DNA from: Candidatus Uhrbacteria bacterium
GTDB taxonomy: Bacteria > Patescibacteriota > Patescibacteriia > JACPHY01
Direction of reading: 5' to 3'
DNA length: 64,000 nucleotides
NCBI GenBank assembly: GCA_016188355.1
Contig: JACPHY010000001.1
Coordinates: 38,125-102,124, forward strand
Positions 63,385-64,000 of this stretch are shown here, piece after piece. Numbering within the stretch: position 1 is the first letter of the stretch; each line of letters opens with the position of its first letter. A program made the translations under genes and the position numbers. The notes beneath the pieces are model-generated. The model worked only from the letters and a program-made list of their open reading frames with translations, made no database searches and was not told where the DNA came from.

Positions 63385-64000
63385 TGACGCGTATGTCACG
63401 TACTCCGTCCTTCATTCCAGAAGAGGTGCGTCGTACACCGAAACGAGCAGCTACCGCTTCGGCGGGCGACAAGGATGCGTTTTATATTCCCGCACGATCG
63501 GATAAGAAGGTCGCGGCAACACCGATAGCTGATCCTCCCATTGCGGAATCCACTGCGGAACCGGCGGTAGTACCGCATTCGGTATCACCGCCTGCGGTAT
63601 CGTCGTCTACGCCCCAGCCGACGGAAGTCGGCATCAATACCGACCTGCACATTCCTGCGGCATCCACTATGCGGGGAGAAGGGGGTGGTATCACGCTCAT
63701 TCCGGAGGAACTTCGTGCTACTGCGACTGCGCCGCCGTGGTGGCCGATGTGGGTGGGTGGAATTGCGACTGCCCTTGCGGTTTTGTTGATTGGCGGCACT
63801 TGGTTCACGCTATCGCGGCTCATTGCGCGCGAGTGGGAGGTGGTCGGCGCATTGGAGACCCGGCGGGATGGCCTTCGGAAGCAGTTGGCTGAATCCGAGC
63901 GCGCACTTGAACCGCTCCGTGCGACGGCGCGTCGTGCGACGGCGGTCACGAAATTACTCCCATCGCATCGACGTTGGGGGCCGGTGTTTGCGCTCATTGA
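63385..64000 (+). CDS. PilN/PilO-like pilus assembly protein, partial (runs off the right edge of the window): Pro/Ala/Ser-rich cytoplasmic N-terminus, one TM, then coiled-coil
   Basis: Open frame from ATG 63385 to the window end. TM PMWVGGIATALAVLLIGGTWF followed by REWEVVGALETRRDGLRKQLAESERALEPL. Position right after pilM. Confidence 0.45.

Overview
High-GC (~60%) bacterial chromosomal window, densely coding, mostly plus-strand. No rRNA, CRISPR array, IS/transposase or integrase was seen.

Recognisable housekeeping genes:
- dTDP-rhamnose genes (rmlA-like, rmlD) behind a GT2 glycosyltransferase.
- Cell-envelope genes: murA, a PDZ/S41 C-terminal processing protease, mraY, ftsW, murG, ftsI, murF, murJ.
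- Ribosomal proteins L9 and L27, and an HPF/RaiA-like factor.
- pyrG, cysS, dnaX, lepA, recJ, rnhA.
- A complete heat-shock operon hrcA-grpE-dnaK-dnaJ preceded by a perfect CIRCE-like inverted repeat.
- pilM plus a partial pilN-like gene at the right edge.
- Three tRNAs: Lys-UUU (minus strand), Glu-CUC and Gln-CUG.

Accessory or unusual content:
1. A ~162-bp MITE-like element with ~38-bp terminal inverted repeats, present in four copies (two full, one internally deleted, one half copy). Each copy ends 2-3 nt before the next gene's start codon and supplies a Shine-Dalgarno-like GGAGG/AGAGG.
2. A different 171-bp imperfect palindrome in the rpmA / membrane-protein divergent region.
3. A three-gene module: XRE-HTH regulator, then an HD(RelA/SpoT-type)-CofE-like fusion, then a P-loop AAA_33/zeta-like kinase, with a 4-nt ATGA stop/start overlap between the last two. 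It sits directly after tRNA-Glu and may be a novel nucleotide-modifying or toxin-antitoxin-like system.
4. A run of paralogous secreted repeat proteins (tail-fibre-like, with xLCIGxDCRxxWP cysteine pairs). The giant gene is split by a 2-bp indel frameshift and contains 100%-identical ~250-bp internal repeats.
5. A 1.6k-aa BNR/Asp-box plus CarboxypepD_reg surface protein, divergent from an FN3-domain membrane protein.
6. A VirD4/TraG-like ATPase, a small membrane SAM methyltransferase and an 832-aa highly charged protein of unknown function, as one block.
7. A Cys-rich secreted protein with GWAWS-type repeats next to pilMN, and a CARDB/thrombospondin-type-3-repeat surface protein.
8. Perfect hairpins without U-tracts between several convergent gene pairs.
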